The notes: generated by a model not told the origin, from the letters alone. A stretch of 64,000 nt of DNA from Gemmatimonadota bacterium (GCA_039588295.1 JBDHAB010000001.1:160001-224000), one strand, 5' to 3'. Shown: positions 20,381-30,185, counted from the stretch's first letter. Numbers and translations: made by a program.

Positions 20381-22581
20381 CGTCCGCCGCCAGCGGGCGC
20401 AGGCGCGGGTGGGTAGAGCCCGCGATACAACGACCAGTTCCGCAGCACCGAGCGCAGATACCCTCGCGTCTCTACGTAGGGGATGCGCTCGACGAACCGC
20501 GCGGGGTCCTTCGCTTCCGGGTATCGAAGCCAACGGGCTACCGGCGTACCACCCGCGTTGTAGGCCGCAAGTGCTGCGATGACGTCGCCGTCGTACATGC
20601 GCAGCAGCGCAGCCAGGTGCGCGGCCCCAAGGTGGAGATTCGCACCCGCCGTCGTGAGGAGCCGGGGGTCCCACTCGATCCCGTGGCGGCGCGCAAGCCC
20701 CCGCGCCGTTGCCGGCATCAGCTGCATCAACCCGCGAGCGCCGGCCCGAGACACCACCTGGGGGCGGAAGTTCGACTCTTGGCGAATCAGGGCCGCGAGC
20801 AAGTGAGGGTCGACATCGTGCTCGGCTGCCTCTTCCTCGATGAGAGCACGCAAGGGCCACGGGAACACAACCCGTAGCACGTGCTCGTCGTTCAGCGTGC
20901 GGAGTCGGGAGGCGCGCCAGCCAAGTGTCACACCTTCCTGCACCCACCCACGGTCGATCAGGCCTTCCGCCAGCGCGAGTGCCTCGTCGGCAGGCATCTC
21001 ACGGCGCGCCATCTGACGTTGCACCACCTCGTCCGCCTCTTCGCGAAGCGAGGCTTCCGTCAGCAGGTCTAGGCGGCGCAGCGTCACCGCCACCGCCGGC
21101 ATCGCTCGTCGCTCGCCGCGGACCGCGAAGTTCGGCTCGGTAATCCCCGCCGCGCCACGGGCAATCGTCCCGTAGTATCCCAGCGAGTCTACCGTGGCGA
21201 GTCTCGTCCACACCACCAACGCGCTGGCCGTGTCACCCGACGCTGCCTGCAGTTGCGCCAGGAAGAACCGCGCCGCCCGAGTCTCGGTAGTACCGCTTTC
21301 CACCTCAGCCCGATACCATCCGATCGCGCCGGCGGTATCACCGCGAGCGAGCGCGGACGACGCGAGCGCCATACGCGCGCGACCCGCGTAGGTGGCTGTC
21401 GGCCAACGTTGCGAAACGGTCACGTACACGCTGTCCGCCGTGGATGCGCGACCGGAACGGCCGTGCCAACTGGCCACCAGGTACAACGTGAGCGGTGCGT
21501 TGGCGTGGCCTGGGTACCGATCGGCGAACTCGGCGAGGGCGGCATAGCCCTCCGCGGCCCGGCCGACCCGCGACAGCGCCCTCGCGCGGCGGTACGCGGC
21601 CAGCATCCCGTCCGCGCCGCCGCGCGTGGCGGCACGAGCGTAGACATCCACCGCCTCACGCGTCTTGCCGCTGCCCGACAGCAGATCGCCAATGCGCCGC
21701 AAGGTAGCACCGGAGGAATCGCCGGCTTCCGCCAGTTGCCGTAGCGCCTGCAGGGCCATTTCCGCATCGCCGGTGCGCCGGTAGGCGTTTGCCACCCAAT
21801 AGGTCTCGTCAGGCGAGCGAGGGGGAAACGCCGCTTCCACATGGGCGAGACTGGCCTGCACCACGGGCCCGTCCGCTGCGCCAATGCCTTCGTAGGCAAA
21901 CCGCCGCGCCGCCAGCGTGTCGCCGACCGCGAGGGCGAGGTCGGTTGCGAGAGTCCACTCTTCGGCGCGGCCGTGCGCCGTCATGGCCCGTGTCGAGTCA
22001 CCAGCGTCCAGGAAGACCTGTGCGCGAACACGCGAGGCGAACCGCTCGGCCTCCGGGGGCGTGCGACGCAAGAGGTCGAGGGCTCGAATGGGCTCGTCGA
22101 CTACCCGTGCCTCTCGCACCGCCAACCAGTCTGCAATCGGCACAAGCAACCCGGCGGCAGCCCGATAGTGCGACGCTGCGCGGGCATGGTCCTCTGCTCG
22201 CTCAAACGCATCCCCCGCGCGCGCCGCGAGAATACCGCGTTCGCGCCCCTCGGTGAACTCGGTCGCCCGCGAGAAGAGCCGTCCTGCGACCTCGAACTGC
22301 GCCAAGTGGTACTCGGCAGTTCCGAGCAGCGTCAATGCAACGACGTTGGCAGAGTCGGACGAAACGATCGGCAGAAGAATGGCGCGTGCCCGTCCCGGCC
22401 GATTCAGCGCCAACTCCGCCCGCGCCAAGTCCATTGCTGGGCCCACGGGCGCTTGATCCGCCGCGACCGTGTCCCGCAGTCGCGCGACCGAGTGCCATGA
22501 CGCATTCGAGTAATCCGCGAACGGCGGTGTGGCCTGGGACCACGCGGACTTCGAGACCCCAAGGAGACCTACGGCTGCCAA
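20377..22581 (-). CDS. Slt70-like lytic transglycosylase with TPR-like solenoid
   Basis: IRQES, GARGLMQLMP.TA, AAYNAG, IPYVETRGY; start uncertain (CTG 22602 is possible). Confidence 0.92.
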   Translation of the reverse strand: MAAVGLLGVSKSAWSQATPPFADYSNASWHSVARLRDTVAADQAPVGPAMDLARAELALNRPGRARAILLPIVSSDSANVVALTLLGTAEYHLAQFEVAGRLFSRATEFTEGRERGILAARAGDAFERAEDHARAASHYRAAAGLLVPIADWLAVREARVVDEPIRALDLLRRTPPEAERFASRVRAQVFLDAGDSTRAMTAHGRAEEWTLATDLALAVGDTLAARRFAYEGIGAADGPVVQASLAHVEAAFPPRSPDETYWVANAYRRTGDAEMALQALRQLAEAGDSSGATLRRIGDLLSGSGKTREAVDVYARAATRGGADGMLAAYRRARALSRVGRAAEGYAALAEFADRYPGHANAPLTLYLVASWHGRSGRASTADSVYVTVSQRWPTATYAGRARMALASSALARGDTAGAIGWYRAEVESGTTETRAARFFLAQLQAASGDTASALVVWTRLATVDSLGYYGTIARGAAGITEPNFAVRGERRAMPAVAVTLRRLDLLTEASLREEADEVVQRQMARREMPADEALALAEGLIDRGWVQEGVTLGWRASRLRTLNDEHVLRVVFPWPLRALIEEEAAEHDVDPHLLAALIRQESNFRPQVVSRAGARGLMQLMPATARGLARRHGIEWDPRLLTTAGANLHLGAAHLAALLRMYDGDVIAALAAYNAGGTPVARWLRYPEAKDPARFVERIPYVETRGYLRSVLRNWSLYRGLYPPAPAPAGGGR

Positions 22582-22605
22582 CAGAACGGGGAGGCGCCTC
22601 AGGAC

Positions 22606-23991
22606 TCAGCCACCCCGGCGAATGCGGCCCAGTACCTGCTGATACTCGGATCGCGAGTACGAGGTGAGACGGAAGCGTCCAAAGCCCGTGTCGTCGACGA
22701 AATCCAACACCAACCGGTCGGCGATGTACGTCCAGCGGATGATCCGCTGACCGCTGCGATCCTGCAGGTCCGAGCTGGAGTCGAAGATCTCGTCGGGGGG
22801 GCCAATCGTGATGAAGACTTCGCCCCGATCCGTCAGCCATCCGGGCTCGCCGCCTTCCTGGAACGCCCGGTTCGCCTCTTGCAGCCGACGGAAGTACACC
22901 TCGAGCGCCTCATGCTCCTGGGTCTGGGGATTCGGGTCGGTTGCCTTCCAAAAGGCCGCCCAGAGACCGGGCCGCTCTTCCGGCGGGGCGGCGCGAAGTT
23001 CCTCCAAGGCTTGTTCGGACCCGAAGTGCTTCAGGAGGAACAGTGTTTCGTCGAAGTTGGCAACGACCCACTGTTCGGAGAAACTGACGAGGGCGACCGT
23101 TCGCACGGAATCCTCTCCGCCCGAGACGAACGCTTCGACGAGCAGCACGCCAATGGGAAGCTGTTCCGGCGCCACCGGAATGACGAACCCACGAAAGGAG
23201 GCGGGCGGTTCCACCGTCAGCGTATCGCGCCAAACCTCCACCGGCGCCGCCTCGCGCGACACCGCCCGCAGCACAACCGCTCGTCCCGGTGGCACGCCAT
23301 AGGCCTCGAGATAGAGTCGCAGCGTGTCGGAGCCGTAGGGAACGGTCGCCCTCGGATTGAGAACGAGGTCCGGGACTCCGGAGCGGTCGTTTCGGCCCGC
23401 TGCCTCATAGACGGGAATCACCGACGAGAGGGAGACGTCAGCTCCGTACGTCGGAATCTCGACCGGCCCTTGTACGCGCCCGAAGTTCGTGCCGTTACGG
23501 TCGCGCACCGAGATCGTGAGTTCGAGGGGACCGGGGGGAAGCGTGACGAATCGCTGATACACCACGCTCTCATCGGCCCGTTGCGTCTCGGCAAAGCTGG
23601 CAACCCGCACCGCTTCGTTTTGGGCCGACTGGTGGACGATCCTCCCGTCGCGGCGCAACGAGAACTCGACGCGATAGCGCCCCTCAAAAATTGAACCGGC
23701 ACGGCGGAACGAGAGCGCGCGGTTCGCCAGGGACACGCCGAACACCGCCATCGTGGAGTCAGCGCCTTCCGTTGCGAGGAAGCGGACGCCCGCGATAAAC
23801 GGCAGCGGTTCACCGGCCGCGAAGAGGCCCATGTCGGCATACACGGACGCCGCATCGAAGAGCCGCGGGACGAGGCGACCGGGGTCCGGGCCGGGGTCGG
23901 TGCCCACCCGCTGCCAGGGCCCACAGGCCGACACCAAGGCCACCCATGCCAGCACCAACATGCCGCACCAACTCGACGGCCGATAGCTCAT
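22606..23991 (-). CDS. GWxTD domain-containing lipoprotein
   Basis: Lipobox VSAC; FW...DP.P.T; GWLTDRGEVFITIGPP. Confidence 0.88.
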   Translation of the reverse strand: MSYRPSSWCGMLVLAWVALVSACGPWQRVGTDPGPDPGRLVPRLFDAASVYADMGLFAAGEPLPFIAGVRFLATEGADSTMAVFGVSLANRALSFRRAGSIFEGRYRVEFSLRRDGRIVHQSAQNEAVRVASFAETQRADESVVYQRFVTLPPGPLELTISVRDRNGTNFGRVQGPVEIPTYGADVSLSSVIPVYEAAGRNDRSGVPDLVLNPRATVPYGSDTLRLYLEAYGVPPGRAVVLRAVSREAAPVEVWRDTLTVEPPASFRGFVIPVAPEQLPIGVLLVEAFVSGGEDSVRTVALVSFSEQWVVANFDETLFLLKHFGSEQALEELRAAPPEERPGLWAAFWKATDPNPQTQEHEALEVYFRRLQEANRAFQEGGEPGWLTDRGEVFITIGPPDEIFDSSSDLQDRSGQRIIRWTYIADRLVLDFVDDTGFGRFRLTSYSRSEYQQVLGRIRRGG

Positions 23992-24066
23992 GATCGAGGT
24001 CGTTCTTGCCCTTCCTTTTGGTCTGACTTGCCCGGCCTCTCGTGCAACGCTTACTTTCGCCACCCC

Positions 24067-25017
24067 ATGCCTCACGAGAATCTCACCGGGCGCACCGTCG
24101 CTGGCTACCGACTCCTGGATCGCGTGGGCGAAGGCGGTACCGCAACCGTCTATCGCGCCGAACACCCCGGTCGCGGGGTCTGCGCGGTCAAGATCCTCCG
24201 CGAACGGATGCGCAATGACGTCACTGCCGTCAAGCGCTTCCTCCGTGAGGCGGGGTACGGTTCGCGCGTGCAGCATCCCGCCGTGGTCGGCACCTACGAC
24301 TATGGCGAAGAGGAGAGCCTCTATTACCTGGCGCTGGAATGGGCCGACGGCGAGGCTCTCTCAGAGTTCGTACACCGGTCTGGTCGCTTGGCTCCGTCAC
24401 TCACCGCCCACGTGATTTCACAGCTCGCCGGCGGCCTGACGGCGTCGCACGCCGAGGGCATCATTCACCGTGACCTGAAGCCGGAGAACATCATCTACAA
24501 CCCGGAACAGCGAACGGTGAAGCTCCTGGACTTCGGGATCGCACGCGATGCCCAGGTTGACTCCGCGGAGCGGCTGACACGGACGGGCTTCTTCGTCGGC
24601 ACGCTCAACTACGTCGCACCGGAGGCGCTGTCGGGAGAGCTGGTCGACGAAGCCGCCGACATCTACAGCCTCGCGACGATTACCTACTACCTGCTCACCG
24701 GCGACCATCCGTATACCGGCAACTCACCGCGCGAGCTATTTCAGCAACTGCTGACGCAAGATCCCAGACCCCTCAGCGAGGCGGTCCAAGGCGTGCGGTT
24801 CTCCAAACGCCTCGAAGACGCGGTCATGCGCGGGCTGGCAAGGGACCCCAAGGACCGACAGCCTTCGGTCACGGCTTTCGCCGACGAAGTTGCGGCGGCG
24901 GCGGCGGACGGGGACGATACCTCCCCTCTCCCGCCCGCTGAGGATTCGGGCCCGGCCAACGGTATGTTCGGAAAGGTCCGATCACTGTTTCGCGGCCGCA
25001 GCAAGGACCGGGGATAG
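24067..25017 (+). CDS. Hanks-type Ser/Thr protein kinase (stand-alone, no TM segment)
   Basis: GEGGTATVY, AVK, HRDLKPEN, DFG, APE. Confidence 0.95.
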   Translation: MPHENLTGRTVAGYRLLDRVGEGGTATVYRAEHPGRGVCAVKILRERMRNDVTAVKRFLREAGYGSRVQHPAVVGTYDYGEEESLYYLALEWADGEALSEFVHRSGRLAPSLTAHVISQLAGGLTASHAEGIIHRDLKPENIIYNPEQRTVKLLDFGIARDAQVDSAERLTRTGFFVGTLNYVAPEALSGELVDEAADIYSLATITYYLLTGDHPYTGNSPRELFQQLLTQDPRPLSEAVQGVRFSKRLEDAVMRGLARDPKDRQPSVTAFADEVAAAAADGDDTSPLPPAEDSGPANGMFGKVRSLFRGRSKDRG

Positions 25018-25063
25018 TAGTTGTATTTACAACTACTATGACATCCGTTACGCATGCGTAACG
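25014..25063. repeat. Two adjacent perfect inverted repeats
   Basis: ATAGTAGTTGTA-TT-TACAACTACTAT (25014-25039) and CGTTACGCATGCGTAACG (25046-25063). Confidence 0.9.
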
Positions 25064-25632
25064 CGCACCCCGGCTCACGCCCTGCCCTCGCCGGGCTCCT
25101 CAGAAGCCGTTCCGTAACGGTTGGGTCCTTTACACTGGCCTCCGGCCGCCACTCCAGCTACTACATCGATGCACGCCGGACTACGATGTCCGCGGAGGGC
25201 CTGCACCTCATCGGGGAACTCGGGTTGCGGACCCTCCGAGACGCCAGCTGGAAGCCAACGGCCGTCGGAGGCTTGACGCTCGGGGCCGATCCGGTCGCCT
25301 ATGCCATCGCCCAGGCGAGCCGCGCGAACCCGCCGGTGGTCGACGCTTTTACGGTGCGAAAAGAGGTCAAGGCACACGGTGCCAAGCGACAAGTCGAGGG
25401 TTGCTTTGCTCCCGGTGCCACGGTGGTCATTGTTGAGGATGTCGTGACCACCGGCCAGTCTGCCCTCAGCGCAGTTGAGGCCGTACGTGCAAGCCAAGGA
25501 CGGGTGCTGGGTGTGCTCGCAGTGGTGGATCGCGAAGAAGGCGGCCGCGACCTCATTGAGCGGTTCGGCCTCACCCTTCACACGCTGGTCACGCTGCGTG
25601 ACCTCGACCTCCCTCCGGAGCCGTCAGCCTAG
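25054..25632 (+). CDS. pyrE: Orotate phosphoribosyltransferase
   Basis: FTLASG..S.YYID, VRKE.K.HG, VEDVVTTG.S, VVDREEG. Confidence 0.95.
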   Translation: MRNAHPGSRPALAGLLRSRSVTVGSFTLASGRHSSYYIDARRTTMSAEGLHLIGELGLRTLRDASWKPTAVGGLTLGADPVAYAIAQASRANPPVVDAFTVRKEVKAHGAKRQVEGCFAPGATVVIVEDVVTTGQSALSAVEAVRASQGRVLGVLAVVDREEGGRDLIERFGLTLHTLVTLRDLDLPPEPSA

Positions 25633-25671
25633 GGTCAGACGCGCCTGACCATCTCCCGGTACCGATTCGGG

Positions 25672-26529
25672 TCACAGTCGTACCTGTCCGAGGTCCGCCA
25701 CCCCGTTTGCGAGTGGGCGAAAGGTACGAAGCTGGCCGCGATGGGGAACGATCAGGCGCGCCACGAGGTCGTCCAGCGCCGATTCAAACGAGACGCGTCT
25801 GCGAAACTCGCCGGCGGTCATCCCCAGCACCGTGCGAAGGTGTCGCCCCATACTCTGTGGGGATGAGTACTCCAGCCGATAGGCCACGTCCGCAATCGAG
25901 AGGCCTGGCGATTCGAGAAGGCCTGCGGCGTATGTGAGGCGCACGGCACCCAAATACCGCTTCGGGGACGGCACGTCGGCACGGAAGAACCGAGACATCA
26001 GGGTGCTCGGACCGACACCCAGCCGACGGGCAAGTCCCCGCACCGTCGGGACCGTGGGCGCCAGGCGTACGAGGAACTCGAAGAACCGTCGACACTCCGG
26101 GGTCGCCTCTCCGAGCGCCGGCACAACGCGCGCGAGGATGCGAGCCGCAGCTGGACTGGCCGCATCAGCGACCAGCCGGCGAAGCTGCTGCCAGCCCGCT
26201 CGAGCGCGCAGATCGACAACCCGACGGACTCCACAGGCACCCAGGTCTAGCAGCCGCTCGCTGGCTGCAGGATCGTGACCGGCCAGCAAGGCCACCGTCC
26301 GTACTCCGGGGAATCCTTGCACGAGCGACACCACGCCCGGCAGCTGGTTTGGCGTGACCACGCCGGGCGAGAGCAGGACAGCGTGCACTGGCCGCTCGCG
26401 AACCGCATGCAGGGCTTGGCGAACCGTTTCCGCGTGGACCGATCGGAACTGGCCGTGGGCGGCGGCATCAATCCGCTGCCGGTGTGGCGGTTCGAGTACG
26501 GTGGCAACCACCGGCGCCCCTCTGGTCAT
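25672..26529 (-). CDS. AraC-family HTH regulator with receiver-like N-terminus
   Basis: LARRLGVGPSTL..., SPKRYL, SIADVAYRLEYSSPQS, GMTAGEFR. Confidence 0.85.
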   Translation of the reverse strand: MTRGAPVVATVLEPPHRQRIDAAAHGQFRSVHAETVRQALHAVRERPVHAVLLSPGVVTPNQLPGVVSLVQGFPGVRTVALLAGHDPAASERLLDLGACGVRRVVDLRARAGWQQLRRLVADAASPAAARILARVVPALGEATPECRRFFEFLVRLAPTVPTVRGLARRLGVGPSTLMSRFFRADVPSPKRYLGAVRLTYAAGLLESPGLSIADVAYRLEYSSPQSMGRHLRTVLGMTAGEFRRRVSFESALDDLVARLIVPHRGQLRTFRPLANGVADLGQVRL

Positions 26530-26626
26530 TGCAGCACCCTCCAACACGTGCGTTGGCCCGCACGTTGGCAGCCGACCGTCAACACCCGGTCAAATCCGAG
26601 CTGGGCGCTCGCAACCGGAGCGCTCT

Positions 26627-26655
26627 TTGGCACCACCCCCTCGGTTCGCTATCTT
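26627..26655 (+). promoter_or_regulatory. rnpB promoter
   Basis: TTGGCA-17 nt-TATCTT just upstream of the RNA 5' end. Confidence 0.6.
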
Positions 26656-26667
26656 GTACAGCCAAGG

Positions 26668-27035
26668 GGGGTGGTGGAGCGTGACGGTCGCAGCTCCCCT
26701 TTGTGCGGGCTGAGGAAAGTCCGAGCTCCGAGGGCAGACTGCCAGGTAACGCCTGGGCGCCGTAAGGCGACGGAAAGGGCCACAGAAAACAAACCGCCCA
26801 CCCCCAGGGGTTGGGTAAGGGTGAAACGGTGGGGTAAGAGCCCACCGCGTGACTGGTAACAGTCACGGCGCGGCAACCCCCAGTCGGAGCAAGGCCAAAT
26901 AGGCGGCGAGGTCCAGCCCAGACCGCGTGAGCCGCGGGTAGGCCGCTCGAGGTGACGGGTGACCGCCACCCCAGATAGATGACCGTCCGGCGTTGACAGC
27001 GCTGAACAGAACTCGGCTTACGGCTTCACCACCCC
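26668..27035 (+). ncRNA. rnpB: RNase P RNA (type A)
   Basis: GAGGAAAGTCC, CACAGAAA, GGTGAAACGG, GGTAAGAGC, GAGCAAG, AGATAGATGA, ACAGAACTCGGCTTA; P1 stem GGGGTGGTGGAGC/GCTTCACCACCCC. Confidence 0.97.
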
Positions 27036-27085
27036 TGACCTCGTTGATCTATTGACCCTGGTACCGGAGTAGCCCCCCTCGCGTC

Positions 27086-27334
27086 ATGACGGCTGGCACA
27101 CCTGACCCTGCCGGCGCCGCAGCGCGGCCGTATCCCGCGGACTGGGAAAGCGTCGCGGAGCTGCGCGTGTTCAGGACCACCGAGCAGCGTTGGCAACGGC
27201 TCATCGGCTGGCGAGCGGAGATGCTGCGCAAGGGTTGGAAGCTCTTGCGGGTAAACGCGCAGGGCGGCGAGCTGGTTGCCGTCTTCGGCCGCACCAAGGA
27301 CGTCCTTCTAGAACGACAGGGAGTATCCTCATGA
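27086..27334 (+). CDS. Small hypothetical protein (DUF4177-like GW motif)
   Basis: Protein-like ORF; KGWKLLRV...VFGR; ATGA overlap with the next gene. Confidence 0.65.
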   Translation: MTAGTPDPAGAAARPYPADWESVAELRVFRTTEQRWQRLIGWRAEMLRKGWKLLRVNAQGGELVAVFGRTKDVLLERQGVSS

Positions 27335-28188
27335 GCGCACCACATCGATCCTGGCGGCCCTACCGCCACTTTGCCCTCGCACTGCTCTCCGCGTCGTGGG
27401 CATGCGGGACGTCCGCAACTGGAGGCGGCGCAGCCTCGACACCGGCTCCAGAGGCGGTCACACGGTTCACGTACCGCCCGTTCGATGTGACGTACGAAGT
27501 CCGCTCGCACACCAGCGTCGAGCAGGAAATGGGCGGACAGGTCAGCGTTAACGACTTCCACCTGCGGTACTTCTTGAGCGCGGTCACCGTGCCTGCCGGC
27601 GACGCTGCCAGTCTGACACTCACCGTGGACTCGATTCCGGAGGGGCAAGCCCCCGGGTTGACGCGCGCGGATTTCGATGCAGCTGCCGGCGCCACATTCA
27701 CCGGCGTCCTCACGCCGGACGGCCAGACGCTGGACTTCGAGGCTCCAGACAGCGGCAACCGACTGGTGCGCCAATTCTCCGTCGCGTTTGCCCGGTTCTT
27801 CCCTCGTGTTCCAACTGGCGGCGCCGCCCCGGGCGATCGCTGGACAGACACAACGGACGTGTCGACGAAAGAATCGGGTCTCGACATCTACGTGGAGATG
27901 GTCGCCGAACTCGAGGCCCGTTCCTGGGTCGAGTACGCCGGAGCCCGTGCACTCGAAGTCGCGATCGTGCAGAACTACACGGTCTCAGGCGGCGGAGCGC
28001 AGGGCGGTCAGGACATCACCGTTGACGGTACCGGGGTGCGGCGCGGCTGGCTGTACCTCGGTGCCGACGGTCGCTTCCTGGGCGGTACCTCTGCCGATAC
28101 CTCCGACGCGACCGCAACCGTCGCCGCCATGGGCGCAATCATTCCCATCAGGCAGCTACGCTTCGACACGCTTACGGTCGTGCGGTAG
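27331..28188 (+). CDS. Hypothetical beta-rich lipoprotein
   Basis: GGAG RBS; lipobox-like SWAC; PGDRWTDT. Confidence 0.75.
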   Translation: MSAPHRSWRPYRHFALALLSASWACGTSATGGGAASTPAPEAVTRFTYRPFDVTYEVRSHTSVEQEMGGQVSVNDFHLRYFLSAVTVPAGDAASLTLTVDSIPEGQAPGLTRADFDAAAGATFTGVLTPDGQTLDFEAPDSGNRLVRQFSVAFARFFPRVPTGGAAPGDRWTDTTDVSTKESGLDIYVEMVAELEARSWVEYAGARALEVAIVQNYTVSGGGAQGGQDITVDGTGVRRGWLYLGADGRFLGGTSADTSDATATVAAMGAIIPIRQLRFDTLTVVR

Positions 28189-28197
28189 GGTTCTTCG

Positions 28198-29046
28198 TTG
28201 CCACAACGGAGCGTCGTCGTCCTGGGCCTTACCTGTCTGTGTACGACATTCGCGCAGGCACAGGCGGTCCGGCCCCGGTCGGCGGACTACCTCTTTGCCT
28301 CCACCGCCAACGATGTACGGGCCTTGTGGGTCAACCCCGCGGCGCTTGCTGTGGTGAGCAATGCATCCGTGATGGCGGAGTTCGCGCTGGAGCGACCGGT
28401 TGACGAGGGCCTCAGGCTCGCACAGTGGAGCCTCGCACTCAATACTCGGGGTCTGTCGCTCGGGTACCAACGCGATCGCTTCCCGGGTGCATCCGGGACG
28501 GGTGCGCTGCGCTTCGGGCTCGCCCTCCCGTTTCCCCGTGGCTCACTGGGAGCCAGCTTCACGTTCTATCAGGGGAGTACGGTCGACACCGCGGCTCACC
28601 GCGGGCTCAATATCGGTATCCGCTACCGGATCCTGCCGCCGCTCGGGCTCGCTGCCGTCGTGCAGAACATCGGCCGGCCAGCACCAAGAGGGCAGGTAAC
28701 ACCGGTTACCGGAGTCATGGCACTCAACTGGTACGCGCTGCCTGGTTCCCTGGGCATAGCGGCGGATGTGACAGCGACGGAACGCCTCGGTGCTTCCGGT
28801 TACGACATGAGGTACCGCGGCGGGCTCAGGCTATCGACAACCGGCAGGCTTCCGCTGGGCCTCGTAGCTACGCTGGAGCTGGACAGCGGTTTCGACGTTG
28901 ATCGCTGGGCGGTAGGGATTACCGTTGGCGGTCAGGACCGCGGGATCTTGCTGTGGTCCGGTGTGGCCGCGCCGGTATCAAACACCCTCGATCGACTGAG
29001 TCTCACTGGCGTCAGCCGGCGCCAGCTGACGATTGGAGGGCGGTAG
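28198..29046 (+). CDS. Hypothetical secreted beta-barrel-like protein
   Basis: Signal peptide (AQA); ALWVNPAAL motif; amphipathic beta-strands. Confidence 0.65.
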   Translation: MPQRSVVVLGLTCLCTTFAQAQAVRPRSADYLFASTANDVRALWVNPAALAVVSNASVMAEFALERPVDEGLRLAQWSLALNTRGLSLGYQRDRFPGASGTGALRFGLALPFPRGSLGASFTFYQGSTVDTAAHRGLNIGIRYRILPPLGLAAVVQNIGRPAPRGQVTPVTGVMALNWYALPGSLGIAADVTATERLGASGYDMRYRGGLRLSTTGRLPLGLVATLELDSGFDVDRWAVGITVGGQDRGILLWSGVAAPVSNTLDRLSLTGVSRRQLTIGGR

Positions 29047-29075
29047 GCACAGGACGTGTTCTCTGCCTTATCCCC

Positions 29076-30185
29076 TCAATCGACCAAACGGAGCGGCATT
29101 ACCAAGCAGAGATACGACGCAGGATCATCCCACCCGACTGGCTCGATCGTGGCTGCCCGCTCCGGGGCCTTGAAGGTGAGCCGCACCTCATCGGTCGGCA
29201 TGTACTTCAGAATCTCGAGCAAATACGTCGCGTTGAACCCGATCTCAAGTTGGTCGCCGTCGTAGGTGACGCTGATCTCGTCCTGCGCCTCGCCAAGATC
29301 CGGTGTGCTCACGCTGAGCTTCAGGCTGCCGCCGCTGAACTGCAATCTCACGCGGTGGGTCTGATCGCTCGCCACCACCCCCACGCGGCGGAGCGCACTC
29401 GCCAGCGAGTCCTTCTCCACCGTGCACTCCCGATCGTTGTCCTTCGGGATTACCTGATCGTAATTCGGATAGGGTCCCTCGATGAGACGCGTGAACACCA
29501 GCGTCGTCCCAGTACGGAAGCCTAAGTGGTTATCGCTGCGGGCGATCTCGAGCTCATCCGCCGGTCCAAAGAGCCGGCGGACTTGATCGAGCGCCTTTGG
29601 CGGGACGATCAGGTCCGCGGAGGCGGTCCCGCGAGAGACCGGCACGTCCAGTCTGGCGAGCCGATGCCCGTTGGTCGCCACCATGCGCATCACGTCCGAG
29701 CGCAGTTCCCAAAGCACCCCATTGAGGATGGGCCGGCTCTCCTCCGTGGAGGACGCGAAGCTCACGTGGTTGATGAGCTTCTGAAGGTCGCTCGACGTTA
29801 CGGACCAGCTATCGTCAAAGCTCACCGGTGGAAAGTTCGGGAACTCCTCACGTGGTATTCCGAGCAGCTTGAACCGAGACCGTCCGCACTCCAGGTTCAC
29901 CCGTTGCTCCCCGCTTACGGCAACCCGGATCGCGGCGCTCGGCAATTCGCGTACGATTTCGAGCAGTTTCTTGGCTGGGACCGTCACTGCCCCTTCTGCA
30001 TCCACCTCGGCCGGGACGGTGGTGCTCACCGCGATGTCGAGGTCCGTCCCCGACAGGCGGACACCGTCAGCCGTTGCTTCGACGAGGATGTTGGAAAGAA
30101 CGGGGAGGGTGGTCTTCGATGGCACACTTGCTGCCACCGCTACCAGACCCTCATGTAACCGCTCTCGTGTAATGGTGAACTTCAT
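29076..30185 (-). CDS. dnaN: DNA polymerase III beta clamp
   Basis: TLPVLSN, GTDLDI, RPILNG, ATNGHRLA, EGPYPNY, VMPLR. Confidence 0.98.
   Translation of the reverse strand: MKFTITRERLHEGLVAVAASVPSKTTLPVLSNILVEATADGVRLSGTDLDIAVSTTVPAEVDAEGAVTVPAKKLLEIVRELPSAAIRVAVSGEQRVNLECGRSRFKLLGIPREEFPNFPPVSFDDSWSVTSSDLQKLINHVSFASSTEESRPILNGVLWELRSDVMRMVATNGHRLARLDVPVSRGTASADLIVPPKALDQVRRLFGPADELEIARSDNHLGFRTGTTLVFTRLIEGPYPNYDQVIPKDNDRECTVEKDSLASALRRVGVVASDQTHRVRLQFSGGSLKLSVSTPDLGEAQDEISVTYDGDQLEIGFNATYLLEILKYMPTDEVRLTFKAPERAATIEPVGWDDPASYLCLVMPLRLVD

Noticed and set aside
22606..22608. Selenocysteine readthrough of the GWxTD TGA
   Set aside because: No redox context or evident SECIS; the downstream sequence is a signal peptide
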